A DNA stretch of 64,000 bases from an uncultured Bacteroidales bacterium (GTDB lineage: Bacteria > Bacteroidota > Bacteroidia > Bacteroidales > F082): the NCBI GenBank assembly GCA_937906455.1, contig CALCYT010000040.1, positions 6,308 to 70,307 of the forward strand, read 5' to 3'. The notes under the pieces were generated by a model. The model was given only the letters and a program-made list of their open reading frames with translations. It searched no databases and was not told where the DNA came from. Positions within the stretch are counted from its first letter, which is position 1. Each line of letters opens with the position of its first letter. The position numbers and the translations under genes are program-made. Positions 49,200-59,233 of the stretch are shown here, piece by piece.

Positions 49200-50534
49200 C
49201 TATCTTCTGCGTTTCGTTTGTTGCATCATCTGCATCATTTTCTTGGCGCCGCCGGTTGAGACCATGCGCATCATCTTTGATGTCTCTTCAAACTGTTTGA
49301 TGAGTCGGTTCACCTCGCTGATGTCGTTGCCAGAGCCGAGTGCTATCCTGCGTTTACGGCTTCCGTTGATAATCTTAGGGTTCTCGCGTTCTTCCGGTGT
49401 CATTGAGCCAATAATAGCCTCTATGCTCTTGAAAGCGTCGTCATCGAGGTCATCGTCTTTGATTTTGTTCATGCCCGGAATCATATTAGCGAGGTCTTTG
49501 ATGCTTCCCATCTTCTTGATTTGTTGTATCTGCTTGAGGAAATCGTTGAAGTTGAACTCGTTTTGCGCAAGTTTCTTCTTGAGTTTGGCAGCTTCCTCAG
49601 CGTCGAATTGCTCCTGTGCCTTCTCCACGAGTGACACGATGTCGCCCATGCCGAGGATGCGGTCGGCCATACGTTGTGGATAGAAGATGTCTAAGGCATC
49701 CATTTTCTCGCCGAGACCCACGAATTTGATAGGTTTCTCCACGACGGTGCGTATCGTGAGAGCCGCGCCACCGCGTGTGTCGCCATCGAGTTTGGTGAGT
49801 ACCACACCATCGAAGTCGAGGCGGTCGTTGAAAGCCTTGGCGGTATTCACCGCATCCTGACCTGTCATGGCATCGACCACAAACAGAGTCTCCTGGGGCT
49901 TCACCGTTGACTTGATCTTTGCTATCTCGTCCATCATCTCCTCATCGACAGCGAGACGACCAGCGGTATCGATGATAACCACGTTTTTGCCGTCTTTTCC
50001 AGCCTTCGCGATGGCGTTCTGGGCAATCTGCACCGGATTTTTGTTGCCGTCCTCATAATACACCTCAACGCCGACCTGTTCGCCAAGCACCTTCAATTGG
50101 TCGATGGCGGCAGGACGATACACGTCGCATGCCACAAGCATCACGGTCTTGCCTTTCTTGTTTTTCAAGAAGTTAGCGAGCTTCGCTGAGAAGGTGGTCT
50201 TACCTGAGCCTTGGAGACCGGCTATAAGCACCACTGCGGGATTACCTTTTATATTAATCTCTGAATGCTCGCCTCCCATAAGCTCAGCAAGCTCATCATG
50301 CACTATTTTCACCATCAGCTGGCTTGGCGACACTGACGTGAGAATCTTCTGGCCGATAGCCTTCTCCTTGATGTCGTTGGTGACATCTTTTGCGATTTTA
50401 TAGCTCACATCGGCGTCAAGCAGAGCCTTGCGCACCTCCTTAACTGTCTCAGCCACATTGATTTCGGTGATATACCCTTGTCCTTTAAGGATTTTAAACG
50501 AACGTTCTAATTTCTCGGTTAAGCCTTCAAACAT
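49200..50534 (-). CDS. ffh: Signal recognition particle protein
   Basis: 444 aa. GTPase motifs GLQGSGKTT, DTAGR and TKLDGD, plus a Met-rich M domain. Confidence 0.95.
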   Translation of the reverse strand: MFEGLTEKLERSFKILKGQGYITEINVAETVKEVRKALLDADVSYKIAKDVTNDIKEKAIGQKILTSVSPSQLMVKIVHDELAELMGGEHSEINIKGNPAVVLIAGLQGSGKTTFSAKLANFLKNKKGKTVMLVACDVYRPAAIDQLKVLGEQVGVEVYYEDGNKNPVQIAQNAIAKAGKDGKNVVIIDTAGRLAVDEEMMDEIAKIKSTVKPQETLFVVDAMTGQDAVNTAKAFNDRLDFDGVVLTKLDGDTRGGAALTIRTVVEKPIKFVGLGEKMDALDIFYPQRMADRILGMGDIVSLVEKAQEQFDAEEAAKLKKKLAQNEFNFNDFLKQIQQIKKMGSIKDLANMIPGMNKIKDDDLDDDAFKSIEAIIGSMTPEERENPKIINGSRKRRIALGSGNDISEVNRLIKQFEETSKMMRMVSTGGAKKMMQMMQQTKRRR

Positions 50535-50580
50535 ATCTATATTTATCTAAATTTTCCGAACCGCAAATTTACAATTTTTT

Positions 50581-52446
50581 TTAATACCTGTTAAACAAAT
50601 CGAAATGATATTGCATATAAGCCTTTCCTTGTCGTGTCAGGCTGTCGGATTGCTCCTCAGGGAATGTGTTTTTCAACACGTTATTGTTGCTCATTACAAA
50701 CTCTCCCTCGTCTGTCTTCCAACCGAGACCATTGTTTAACTCAAAGAACGCGAAAGGCTTATAACAAGTGTTGAATACGTTTTTACTCCAGAAAAACTCA
50801 TCATGACTGACGCCAAGTTGCGATAGAATCGTTGCCGGAATATCGGCGTTGCCGCATATCTTGTCAAATGTTGTCCCACGCAGTGAATCAAGCAGAGGCT
50901 CACCATATATCAATAATGGAATCCTATGATAATCAAATGATTCCATTGGATGGTTCTTGTAAGATGGATGACTGTGGTCGGCCATGAAGAGGAACAAAGT
51001 GTTGCTGTACCAAGGCTGTTGTTTTGCCCTGTCGATGAAGAGTTTTATGGCGATATCGGTGTATTTTGCCGAGTTGACATACACCTTCTCAAGCTGAGGC
51101 CATTCAAGTTCATCAAAAATCTTTGGATAATCGTAAGGCGAGTGCGTGCTCAGGGTGAAGACAGTGGTGAAGAACGGCTCAGGCTGTTTGTTGACCTCCT
51201 TGGCCACCCATGGAAGCATATCGGTGTCCTGAATGCCAAGTTTACCTTTATGAAAACGCTCTGTCACGTCATTGCCTTCAACGACACGGTCGAATTTATT
51301 ATATCTCAAATACGACAGGATATTGCCGTAATTAAGTTCTCCCCCGAAGTAGAAACTTGAGTAATATCCAAGAGTATCAAGCGATTGCACAATCGATGGA
51401 ATGGCATAATACTTCTCTGGATGGTTGGTGATGGTGGTCACGGGAAGACCCGGGAGACCGCCTAATATTGAGGCGATGCCTTGTTGGGAGCGGTTCGCCG
51501 AGGCATAAAAATTGGTGAACAGCAGCCCGTCTTTCTCAAGGTTATGGAAGTTAGGAGCAATGCTTGGATCACCGCCCAGCGACTCGATAAGGTCGGCCGA
51601 CCAGCTCTCAAGAAGCACTATAAAAATGTTAGGACGCTCAGTCTTCAGTATGTTAACCGTTGATTCACAATCAGTTTGATGTGTCTCCTTGGTAATCTCC
51701 TCCGCCTTATGAACATCCATAAAGTTGAAATGGGCCTTATCGCTGACATTGATGTCGTTGGTGATATTTTCCATAAGGTTGTATGCCGGGTTCACCGTCA
51801 TGATATTGACAATCTTATAGTTACTGAAATAACCCGAGCTGGTGGAGATTGGTATTTCATTGAGACCGCCACGCATACCTATGAACATTAGTCCGAATGA
51901 CAGCACGAAAACGACGGCATACATTACCGGATGAGCCTTGTCACGAACATAATCGCCATTGGATGGCTCTATCCATTTCACGTACCACCAGCAGAAAAGC
52001 AGCGTGAAACAAGCCCATAGTGAGATAAGAAGGACGGTTTGCTGCGTTGAGGCTGTGTTTATCACCTCGGAAGGGTTCTCAAGATATGCCAACGCCTTGA
52101 CACTCAGCTTGGTACCCCATTCGCCGTAGATGCCGATCTCACCCATCACGATGAGGATATAAACCGCGATAATGATGTAGAAATACCAGCGTATCCAGCG
52201 ATAGCTGACGTTGCGGTTAAAACATGTCAAGATGAAAATTATCAGAGCCGGCAGCGGTATCATGAAGCAGGCGGTCGAGATGTCGAGAGGCAGAGCCTTG
52301 AAGAATCCGCGAATGATTTCGAGGAAAGGCACTTGGTCAACGGTCACGAGATGCCAGTAGTTCACGATGAACACCACACGCATGGTGGTGAACATCAGCA
52401 GCAAAAACAGCAGTATCTTGACCAAATATATGACAAATCTTTTCAT
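50581..52446 (-). CDS. LTA-synthase/sulfatase-family membrane phosphotransferase
   Basis: 621 aa. Five N-terminal TM segments and an extracytoplasmic alkaline-phosphatase-superfamily domain (IFIVLLESWSAD, MADHSHP). Confidence 0.8.
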   Translation of the reverse strand: MKRFVIYLVKILLFLLLMFTTMRVVFIVNYWHLVTVDQVPFLEIIRGFFKALPLDISTACFMIPLPALIIFILTCFNRNVSYRWIRWYFYIIIAVYILIVMGEIGIYGEWGTKLSVKALAYLENPSEVINTASTQQTVLLISLWACFTLLFCWWYVKWIEPSNGDYVRDKAHPVMYAVVFVLSFGLMFIGMRGGLNEIPISTSSGYFSNYKIVNIMTVNPAYNLMENITNDINVSDKAHFNFMDVHKAEEITKETHQTDCESTVNILKTERPNIFIVLLESWSADLIESLGGDPSIAPNFHNLEKDGLLFTNFYASANRSQQGIASILGGLPGLPVTTITNHPEKYYAIPSIVQSLDTLGYYSSFYFGGELNYGNILSYLRYNKFDRVVEGNDVTERFHKGKLGIQDTDMLPWVAKEVNKQPEPFFTTVFTLSTHSPYDYPKIFDELEWPQLEKVYVNSAKYTDIAIKLFIDRAKQQPWYSNTLFLFMADHSHPSYKNHPMESFDYHRIPLLIYGEPLLDSLRGTTFDKICGNADIPATILSQLGVSHDEFFWSKNVFNTCYKPFAFFELNNGLGWKTDEGEFVMSNNNVLKNTFPEEQSDSLTRQGKAYMQYHFDLFNRY

Positions 52447-52525
52447 AGCTTATTTTTTTGCAAAGATACAATTTTTTTCATCACTCGATGGCGAGAAATG
52501 ACAAATCTCTGTGCAATTTATGATT

Positions 52526-52756
52526 TCAATCAGTATTTTCGTCAAACAAATTCAGTTGATTCTCACAGTGATATAGTTCTGGCGGGACACCATATTCGTA
52601 ATGCGAGATGAATCGCTCAATGTTCTTTTTTATCAGCTTGATTGGCGTCGTTTTACGCGCCTTGCAGTAGTTTTTGAGTGATTTGTACTGCCCTTGCGAC
52701 AACTTGAACGTTATCGCATGATACTTGTAGTTTCTACGGTGATGTTTCTTTTTCAT
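52526..52756 (-). CDS. Small basic hypothetical protein, possibly ribbon-helix-helix-like
   Basis: 76 aa. MKKKHHRRNYKYH, then a strand-like ITFKLS followed by a helix-like QYKSLKNYCKARKTTPIKLIKKNI. I do not recognise a family. Confidence 0.45.
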   Translation of the reverse strand: MKKKHHRRNYKYHAITFKLSQGQYKSLKNYCKARKTTPIKLIKKNIERFISHYEYGVPPELYHCENQLNLFDENTD

Positions 52757-52765
52757 AATATAGTT

Positions 52766-52793
52766 TTGAGAGTGGGGAGTTGAGTGTGGAGAG
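52766..52793 (+). repeat. 14-mer tandem repeat TTGAGAGTGGGGAG / TTGAGTGTGGAGAG
   Basis: Two copies agree at 12/14 positions. They share the 13-nt core TGAGAGTGGAGAG (at most 1 mismatch) with 18065-18077 (minus strand) and 57030-57042. Confidence 0.85.
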
Positions 52794-52815
52794 TAATGTC
52801 ATTATTCCGACCCGA

Positions 52816-52838
52816 CTCTCAACACTTCACTCTTACAC
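52816..52838 (+). repeat. Inverted, degenerate copy of the TGAGAG-type repeat, abutting the glmM stop
   Basis: ctctcaa cacttca ctcttac ac. It is partly complementary to 52780-52793 and can form an imperfect hairpin with it. Confidence 0.7.
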
Positions 52839-54221
52839 TTATAAAAGTTTCTTCGCTTCATCAAGCATCATCTGAGCAAATCTGTCGGCATCGGCTTCCG
52901 TCTTGCCTTCGGAATAAACGCGTATGATAGGCTCGGTGTTCGATTTACGCAGATGCACCCAGCCTTCGGCGAAGTCAATCTTCACGCCGTCGATGGTTGT
53001 AACCTGCTCGTTTTTGAATTTGTCGGCGATTTTCGCCAAGATTCCGTCAACGTCGGTCTGAGGTGTCAGCTGTATCTTGTTTTTCGACATGAAATACAGT
53101 GGGAATTTCTTCTTTAGTTCAGATACGGTACATTGATTTTCAACGAGATATGTCAGAAACAATCCCACACCCACGAGAGCGTCGCGTCCATAGTGAATCT
53201 CAGGATAAATCACTCCACCGTTGCCTTCGCCGCCAATAACAGCATGCACCTCCTTCATCTTTGCCACCACGTTGACCTCGCCCACGGCGGCTGCTGAATA
53301 TTGTCCTCCGGCGGCAGTGGTCACATCGCGTAAAGCACGTGTGGATGAGAGGTTTGACACGGTGTTGCCTTTCTGATGCTCAAGGATGTATGATGCCACT
53401 GTCACGAGGGTGTATTCCTCGCCGTACATCTCACCTTTTTCATTAATAAATGCGAGACGGTCAACGTCAGGGTCCACGACGATGCCGAGGTCGGCACCGC
53501 ATTCCTTCACTTTGGCGCATGTGTCAACCAAGTTGACCGCCAGCGGCTCAGGGTTATGTGCGAATCTTCCTGTCACCTCGCAGTTAAGCTCCACGATATT
53601 CTTTACGCCCAACTTCTTGAGTAACAACGGAATGGCGATGCCTCCGGTAGAGTTTACGCCGTCAACGACGACTTTGAGGCCGGCTTTCTCGATGAGTTCT
53701 TTCTTCACGAGAGGCAGTCGGCACACCATGTCGGCATGACGTTCAATCCAGCCATCCGCCAAGGTGTAAGAGCCTATCTCGTCGATTGGCGAGAACTCGT
53801 ATTCATCTTTTGCTGCTTTTTCGAGAAGCCATTTGCCGTCTGCCGCATCGATAAATTCGCCTTTGTTGTCAAGAAGTTTCAAGGCGTTCCACTCTTTCGG
53901 GTTATGCGATGCGGTAAGGATCACGCCGCCGTCGGCTTTCAGCTCGGTGACAGCTATTTCCGTTGTAGGCGTGGTGCTAAGCCCGATGTCGATGACGTCG
54001 GCACCCATCGCCTGCAAGTTGCCGCATACCAGCCGGTTGACCATCGTCCCGGAGAGCCGTCCGTCGCGACCTACCACTATTCTGGGACGCTTGACGCCGC
54101 CACGCCTGATTAAACAAATAAACGCTGATGTAAGCTTTACAATATCAATCGGAGTAAGTCCGTCGTCCGGCCTGCCGCCTATAGTGCCGCGAAATCCGGA
54201 AATTGATTTTATCAATGGCAT
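52839..54221 (-). CDS. glmM: Phosphoglucosamine mutase
   Basis: 460 aa. MPLIKSISGFRGTIGG, active-site TASHNPKEWNALK, and Mg loop VDPDVDR. Confidence 0.88.
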   Translation of the reverse strand: MPLIKSISGFRGTIGGRPDDGLTPIDIVKLTSAFICLIRRGGVKRPRIVVGRDGRLSGTMVNRLVCGNLQAMGADVIDIGLSTTPTTEIAVTELKADGGVILTASHNPKEWNALKLLDNKGEFIDAADGKWLLEKAAKDEYEFSPIDEIGSYTLADGWIERHADMVCRLPLVKKELIEKAGLKVVVDGVNSTGGIAIPLLLKKLGVKNIVELNCEVTGRFAHNPEPLAVNLVDTCAKVKECGADLGIVVDPDVDRLAFINEKGEMYGEEYTLVTVASYILEHQKGNTVSNLSSTRALRDVTTAAGGQYSAAAVGEVNVVAKMKEVHAVIGGEGNGGVIYPEIHYGRDALVGVGLFLTYLVENQCTVSELKKKFPLYFMSKNKIQLTPQTDVDGILAKIADKFKNEQVTTIDGVKIDFAEGWVHLRKSNTEPIIRVYSEGKTEADADRFAQMMLDEAKKLL

Positions 54222-54374
54222 AATTCAAAATTTAGTTCTGCAAAAATAATAATTTTTTTTAGTCTCGATACATTATCTTCAGTTTTTGGTCATTTTTTTT
54301 GGCAAAGTGTGAAAAATAAAGTCCTGACAATAAAAACTTTTCATTTTTACCACAAGTGATATAACTAATTTTCG

Positions 54375-54382
54375 TATTTTTG
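54375..54382 (+). promoter_or_regulatory. -7 box (TATTTTTG) for the TPR gene
   Basis: ttcgTATTTTTGcaaaaatttaggatATG. Confidence 0.5.
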
Positions 54383-54396
54383 CAAAAATTTAGGAT

Positions 54397-55818
54397 ATGT
54401 TCGACGACGACAATTTTTTGGATGACGACATGGACGTAAAGGAGCTTGTTGACCGTTTTGAGGAGATGGTCAAGGAGCATAGGTCATGCTATTTCGACGC
54501 CGATGAGTTGAACGTCATTTTGGAGCATTATCTGCGTCATAACAACGTAAAGAAAGCCAACATGGCTGCCGACATCGCCGTCAGATACCATCCCAACAAT
54601 CCGCTTGTCAACATCATCAAGGCGAAGCAGTTTTTGGTGAACTCGAAAGCTAACGAGGCTCTCAAGACCTTGAAAAACGCTGACATTGACCGCAACGACG
54701 CCGATTATCTGATAACTTTGGCAGTGTGTTATTCCGACTTGGGTGAGCATCAGAAAGCCATCAACGCCTATATGAAAGCCGCCAAGGAATTTGATTTCAA
54801 AGATTGTGAAGACATTTACAACTATATCGCGGAAGAGTATCAGTGCTTGAGCGACATGGAAAATGCCTTGAAATTCTTGAAGTTGGGGTTGAATGGTGCC
54901 GAAGACATTGAGAATCAATATTTTGAGATAAGAAACTGCTACTCGGTACTGCAAAAGATGGACGAGGCTGTTGATTTTTTCCGTCATGAGATAGACCTTG
55001 ACCCCTACAGCATAGCGGCATGGATGGCACTCGGCAACTGCTACGGGCGCATGGGTATGCTTGACAACGCCATCGAACAATTCGAGTATGCCATCGCCAT
55101 CGACCCGCATTATAAAAAAGCCTATATCGACATCGCCACGGCATATAATGAGCTTGACCGTTTTCAAGACACCATCGACTTGGTTAACGAGGCGTTGAGA
55201 TACAACGCGGAGACGGCATTGCTATTGTGCCTTTATGGTGAGGCTAAAGCCAAACTCGGCGACAAAGAGGAGGCTTTACGGTTTTTCAAAAAAGCCATGG
55301 GAATGGATGACAGTCTTCCTGAGGCGTATGCCGGAATCGGATTTCTGCTCAGCGACGAGGGCGACCCGCTGTCGGCGATAAAATTCCTTCAACATGCGCA
55401 CACCCTGTCACCGTACAACACCGACTATATGTATGTCATCGTTGAGGAATACAACAAGCTTGAGGATTACGACAACGCCATGAAGTATGTCAATGAGATT
55501 CTGGAGTTGAATCCTTACGATGAAAACGTTTACATCGCCATGATGGAGTGCCATGTCCTCAAGGACGACCCCGAAAGGGCGATGGAGGCATTGGAACGCG
55601 GTCTGCTCATCCTTCCCAACAACGCGCCTCTCCTCTATCGCAAGGCATTTCTGTATTTCGCCCAAGAAAAAGACGAGTCGGGACTGCTAACGCTTGAGAT
55701 GGCTCTTGACTCTGATTACAACGGGCATATCGAGTTCTTGAATTTCGATGCGGAGAACCTGACGAGCAACCCGAACATTATGGATTTAATTGAAGAATAC
55801 CGGAAAAAGCAATCATGA
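54397..55818 (+). CDS. Tetratricopeptide-repeat protein
   Basis: 473 aa with multiple TPR units (AWMALGNCYGRMGMLDNAIEQFEYAIAIDPHY and others). Confidence 0.8.
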   Translation: MFDDDNFLDDDMDVKELVDRFEEMVKEHRSCYFDADELNVILEHYLRHNNVKKANMAADIAVRYHPNNPLVNIIKAKQFLVNSKANEALKTLKNADIDRNDADYLITLAVCYSDLGEHQKAINAYMKAAKEFDFKDCEDIYNYIAEEYQCLSDMENALKFLKLGLNGAEDIENQYFEIRNCYSVLQKMDEAVDFFRHEIDLDPYSIAAWMALGNCYGRMGMLDNAIEQFEYAIAIDPHYKKAYIDIATAYNELDRFQDTIDLVNEALRYNAETALLLCLYGEAKAKLGDKEEALRFFKKAMGMDDSLPEAYAGIGFLLSDEGDPLSAIKFLQHAHTLSPYNTDYMYVIVEEYNKLEDYDNAMKYVNEILELNPYDENVYIAMMECHVLKDDPERAMEALERGLLILPNNAPLLYRKAFLYFAQEKDESGLLTLEMALDSDYNGHIEFLNFDAENLTSNPNIMDLIEEYRKKQS

Positions 55819-56303
55819 AAAACTACTTTTACATATTTCTCATCGCCATGGTGCCTCTGATAGAGTTACGTGGTGCTCTTCCCGTAGCCTATGGCATTCA
55901 CGCCGCCAACCCGGACTTTAACCTGCTGTGGAGCTACGTCATCATTGCCATCGGCAACATGCTGCCGGTGCCTTTCATCTACTTGTTCGCCCGCAAGGTG
56001 CTTGAATGGGGCAAGGGCAAAAAGTACATCGGCGGTTTTTTCACATGGTGTCTCCAAAAAGGCGAGAAAGGCGGTAAGAAACTGCAAGCCAAAGCAGGCA
56101 AAGGCCTTTATTGGGCATTGGTTCTTTTCGTTGGAATACCGTTGCCCGGCACAGGAGCGTGGACAGGCACACTCGCAGCGAGTTTCTTAGACATGGGATT
56201 CAAGAAAAGTGTCATAGCCGTCGTGGGAGGCGTGGTGCTGGCAAGCGTCATTGTGGGCGTGGTTTGCACTTTGGGTTTTGGCGCAATATTTGGAATAAAT
56301 TAA
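55815..56303 (+). CDS. Small membrane protein (putative small multidrug-export / COG2426 family)
   Basis: 162 aa. PLIELRGALPVA motif and 4 TM segments. Confidence 0.65.
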   Translation: MKNYFYIFLIAMVPLIELRGALPVAYGIHAANPDFNLLWSYVIIAIGNMLPVPFIYLFARKVLEWGKGKKYIGGFFTWCLQKGEKGGKKLQAKAGKGLYWALVLFVGIPLPGTGAWTGTLAASFLDMGFKKSVIAVVGGVVLASVIVGVVCTLGFGAIFGIN

Positions 56304-56305
56304 AA

Positions 56306-57028
56306 ATGCAATACTACGGACTCATCGGACACCCATTAAGCCATTCATTCTCAAAGGCTTATTTTGAAGACAAATTCAAAAACGAAGACCTCGACTGCTT
56401 TTTTGTGAACTTCGACATCGAGAAGCTCGACAGCATCAATGACATCCTTATCCAATATCCTGATTTACATGGTTTTACGATAACACATCCTTATAAAAAA
56501 GAGATTTTCAGATACCTTTATGACATCGACGATAACGCCCGACAAATCGGGGCAGTCAACGTTGTAAAAGTCGATAATGACGGACATCTCATCGGATATA
56601 ACACCGATTACATTGGTTTCCAAGGTGTCTTAGATGAGGCTGTAGATAGAAAAATCATCACCAAGGCATACGTTTGCGGCACCGGCGGGGCGTCAGAAGC
56701 CGTGAAATTCGTCTTGCAAAGAAAGAATATCAGTTTTGATGTTTTGTCAAGAAAAAACGACTCATATAAGTGCCTCAATGAACACGGTTTCCATGACAAC
56801 GAATTGATTGTCAATGCTACACCGGTTGGTATGTATCCAAAATCTGAAGAGATGCTCAACTTGCCATACGCCACGGCAAACAATAGCGACGTATTCATCG
56901 ATTTGATATATAATCCGGAAGAGACGATGTTTATGAGAGAAGCCAAAAAACATGGTGCAAATGTGTTCAACGGATTGAAAATGTTGAAGTTACAAGCAGA
57001 AGCGGCATGGAAGATCTGGCGTGGTTAG
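56306..57028 (+). CDS. aroE: Shikimate dehydrogenase
   Basis: Start MQYYGLIGHPLSHSFS at 56306. Also GFTITHPYK, GAVN and GTGGAS. The ORF start in the track (56111) overlaps the upstream gene. Confidence 0.88.
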   Translation: MQYYGLIGHPLSHSFSKAYFEDKFKNEDLDCFFVNFDIEKLDSINDILIQYPDLHGFTITHPYKKEIFRYLYDIDDNARQIGAVNVVKVDNDGHLIGYNTDYIGFQGVLDEAVDRKIITKAYVCGTGGASEAVKFVLQRKNISFDVLSRKNDSYKCLNEHGFHDNELIVNATPVGMYPKSEEMLNLPYATANNSDVFIDLIYNPEETMFMREAKKHGANVFNGLKMLKLQAEAAWKIWRG

Positions 57029-57054
57029 TTGAGAGTGGAAAGATGGAGTTAAAG
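57029..57054 (+). repeat. TTGAGAGTGGAAAG plus a degenerate copy, immediately after the aroE stop
   Basis: ttgagagtggaaag atggagttaaag. The first unit matches the 52766 unit at 12/14 positions. Confidence 0.65.
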
Positions 57055-57068
57055 TTTTAGTTTAGATT

Positions 57069-59189
57069 ATGGAGTTTATTAGTAAGATAGTTAAAGAGTT
57101 TGGGGTGACGTCAAGAGTCGCCGGAAATGTGATTATGTTGCTTAGTGAGGGCGCGACGGTACCCTTTATTGCCCGTTATCGCAAGGAGATGACCGACACC
57201 ATGAACGAAGAGACGTTGTTTGAAGTCAAGAAACGCCTCGAACAGCTTGAAGAAATAGAGAAACGCAAGGAGTTTGTGTTGAAATCGATAGCCGAGCAAG
57301 AGAAACTGACGCCTGAGCTTGAGCGACAGATAAACAACGCCGAGACGTTACAGGACGTGGAAGACCTTTACCTCCCCTACAAGCCGAAACGCCGCACTAA
57401 GGCTGAGATAGCACGCCAGAAAGGTTTAGAGCCTTTAGCGAGACTCATCATGTCGCAGAACAACAACGACGTGAACGGCATGGCGAAACGCTTCATCAAC
57501 AAGGAGAAAGACGTGAACAATGAAGACGAGGCCTTGAAAGGTGCCTGCGACATCATGGCAGAGTGGATCTCCGAAAACATCAACGGACGCAACAAGATAC
57601 GTAAGATTTACCATAAGGAGGGTGTCATATCATCCACCTTGGTGAAGGGCAAGGAGACCGAGGCGCAGACCTACAAACAGTATTTCGACTTCAACGAGCC
57701 TATAGCCAAAGCACCTTCACATCGTATCTTGGCGTTGTTTCGCGCTGAGGATGAAGGACTTCTGAAGGTGAAGCTCAGCATCAACGCTGACGATGCCCTC
57801 AACGTGCTTGACAATATCTTCCTGAAGAACGACAATGCCTCCACCGACTTGGTGCAAGACGCCATCGACGACGCATGGAAACGTCTGCTGGAGCCGTCTA
57901 TCGAGACGGAGATACGCGCTATCTACAAAGCAAAAGCCGACGAAGTGGCGGTAAGGGTGTTCGCGGAGAACCTCCGACAGCTGCTCTTGGCGGCACCATT
58001 GGGCAAGAAACGTGTCCTTGCCCTCGACCCAGGCTTCCGTACAGGCTGTAAGGTGGTGATTCTTAATGAATTTGGAGCTTTGATACATAATGAGACAATC
58101 TACCCTCACCCACCACAAAACGAACATGGCAAGGCTGCGGCTAAGATAGCACATCTGGTGCAGGCCTATAAGATTGATGTCATAGCCATCGGCAACGGCA
58201 CCGCCGGACGCGAGACCGAAGACTTCATCAAAAGCATCCGTTTCGACCGTGACATCACCGCCGTGATGGTCAACGAGAGCGGCGCCTCGATATATTCGGC
58301 AAGCAAGGTGGCGCGCGACGAGTTTCCCGACTACGATATCACGGTGCGTGGCGCTGTGAGCATAGGCCGTCGCCTCATGGACCCGCTCGCGGAACTTGTG
58401 AAAATAGACCCTAAGTCGATAGGTGTCGGACAATATCAGCACGATGTCAACCAGAAGATGCTCGGCGACGAGCTTAACACCGTTGTCGAGAGTTGCGTGA
58501 ACGCCGTGGGTGTAGAGCTTAACTCCGCCAGCGAGCAGCTGCTGTCGTATGTGAGCGGCGTGGGACCTCAGCTCGCAAGCTCCATCGTCAAATACAGGAA
58601 CGAAAAAGGAGGCTTCACTAACCGTAAACAGCTGCTTGAAGTGCCGCGTCTCGGCAACAAAGCCTTTGAACAATGTGCGGGATTCCTGAGGATTCATGGG
58701 GCAAAACAGCCTCTCGACGCCAGCGCGGTGCATCCGGAGAGTTATCATATCGTTGAGAAAATGGCGGGAAAACTCGGTGTGAAAGTAGAGGAACTCATTG
58801 GAAATGAAGAACTTATAGCTAAGATAAATCCCAAAGAGTTCATCGAGAAAGACTTCGGAATCGAGACAATAAACGACATCATCGAAGAGCTTAAGAAACC
58901 AGGCCGTGACCCGAGAAAGTCGTTCGAGGTGTTTGAGTTCGACAAAAACATCCGCACTATCAATGACTTGAAGCAAGGCATGCAACTCGTGGGGATCGTC
59001 ACCAACATCACGGCGTTCGGCTGTTTCGTGGATGTCGGGGTGCATCAGGACGGACTCGTACACATCAGCGAGATGTCGAACAGCTTCGTCAACGACCCGA
59101 ATCAGGTGGTAAGACTTAACCAGAAGGTGAAAGTCAGGGTTCTCGACGTTGATATCCCTCGCAAACGCATTAGTTTAAGCATGAAATAA
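57069..59189 (+). CDS. tex: Tex-like transcription accessory protein (YqgF-like, HhH and S1 domains)
   Basis: 706 aa. VPFIARYRKE, LALDPGFRTGCKV, and a C-terminal S1 domain GMQLVGIVTNITAFGCFVDVGVHQDGLVHISE. Confidence 0.9.
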   Translation: MEFISKIVKEFGVTSRVAGNVIMLLSEGATVPFIARYRKEMTDTMNEETLFEVKKRLEQLEEIEKRKEFVLKSIAEQEKLTPELERQINNAETLQDVEDLYLPYKPKRRTKAEIARQKGLEPLARLIMSQNNNDVNGMAKRFINKEKDVNNEDEALKGACDIMAEWISENINGRNKIRKIYHKEGVISSTLVKGKETEAQTYKQYFDFNEPIAKAPSHRILALFRAEDEGLLKVKLSINADDALNVLDNIFLKNDNASTDLVQDAIDDAWKRLLEPSIETEIRAIYKAKADEVAVRVFAENLRQLLLAAPLGKKRVLALDPGFRTGCKVVILNEFGALIHNETIYPHPPQNEHGKAAAKIAHLVQAYKIDVIAIGNGTAGRETEDFIKSIRFDRDITAVMVNESGASIYSASKVARDEFPDYDITVRGAVSIGRRLMDPLAELVKIDPKSIGVGQYQHDVNQKMLGDELNTVVESCVNAVGVELNSASEQLLSYVSGVGPQLASSIVKYRNEKGGFTNRKQLLEVPRLGNKAFEQCAGFLRIHGAKQPLDASAVHPESYHIVEKMAGKLGVKVEELIGNEELIAKINPKEFIEKDFGIETINDIIEELKKPGRDPRKSFEVFEFDKNIRTINDLKQGMQLVGIVTNITAFGCFVDVGVHQDGLVHISEMSNSFVNDPNQVVRLNQKVKVRVLDVDIPRKRISLSMK

Positions 59190-59233
59190 AATAAATTCAT
59201 AACAGCGACGTTATGGATTTAAAATGATACTAC

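Noticed and set aside
57717-59063. A 448-aa minus-strand ORF inside tex, the longest antisense ORF in the window.
   Set aside because: It lies entirely within the well-supported Tex CDS. Its composition is typical of an antisense shadow frame (His, Val, Leu, Phe and Arg rich), with no motifs and no promoter box. The same reasoning applies to 6335..7333, 16192..16881, 25188..25880, 5133..5711, 43863..44468, 54484..55167 and 61046..61768.
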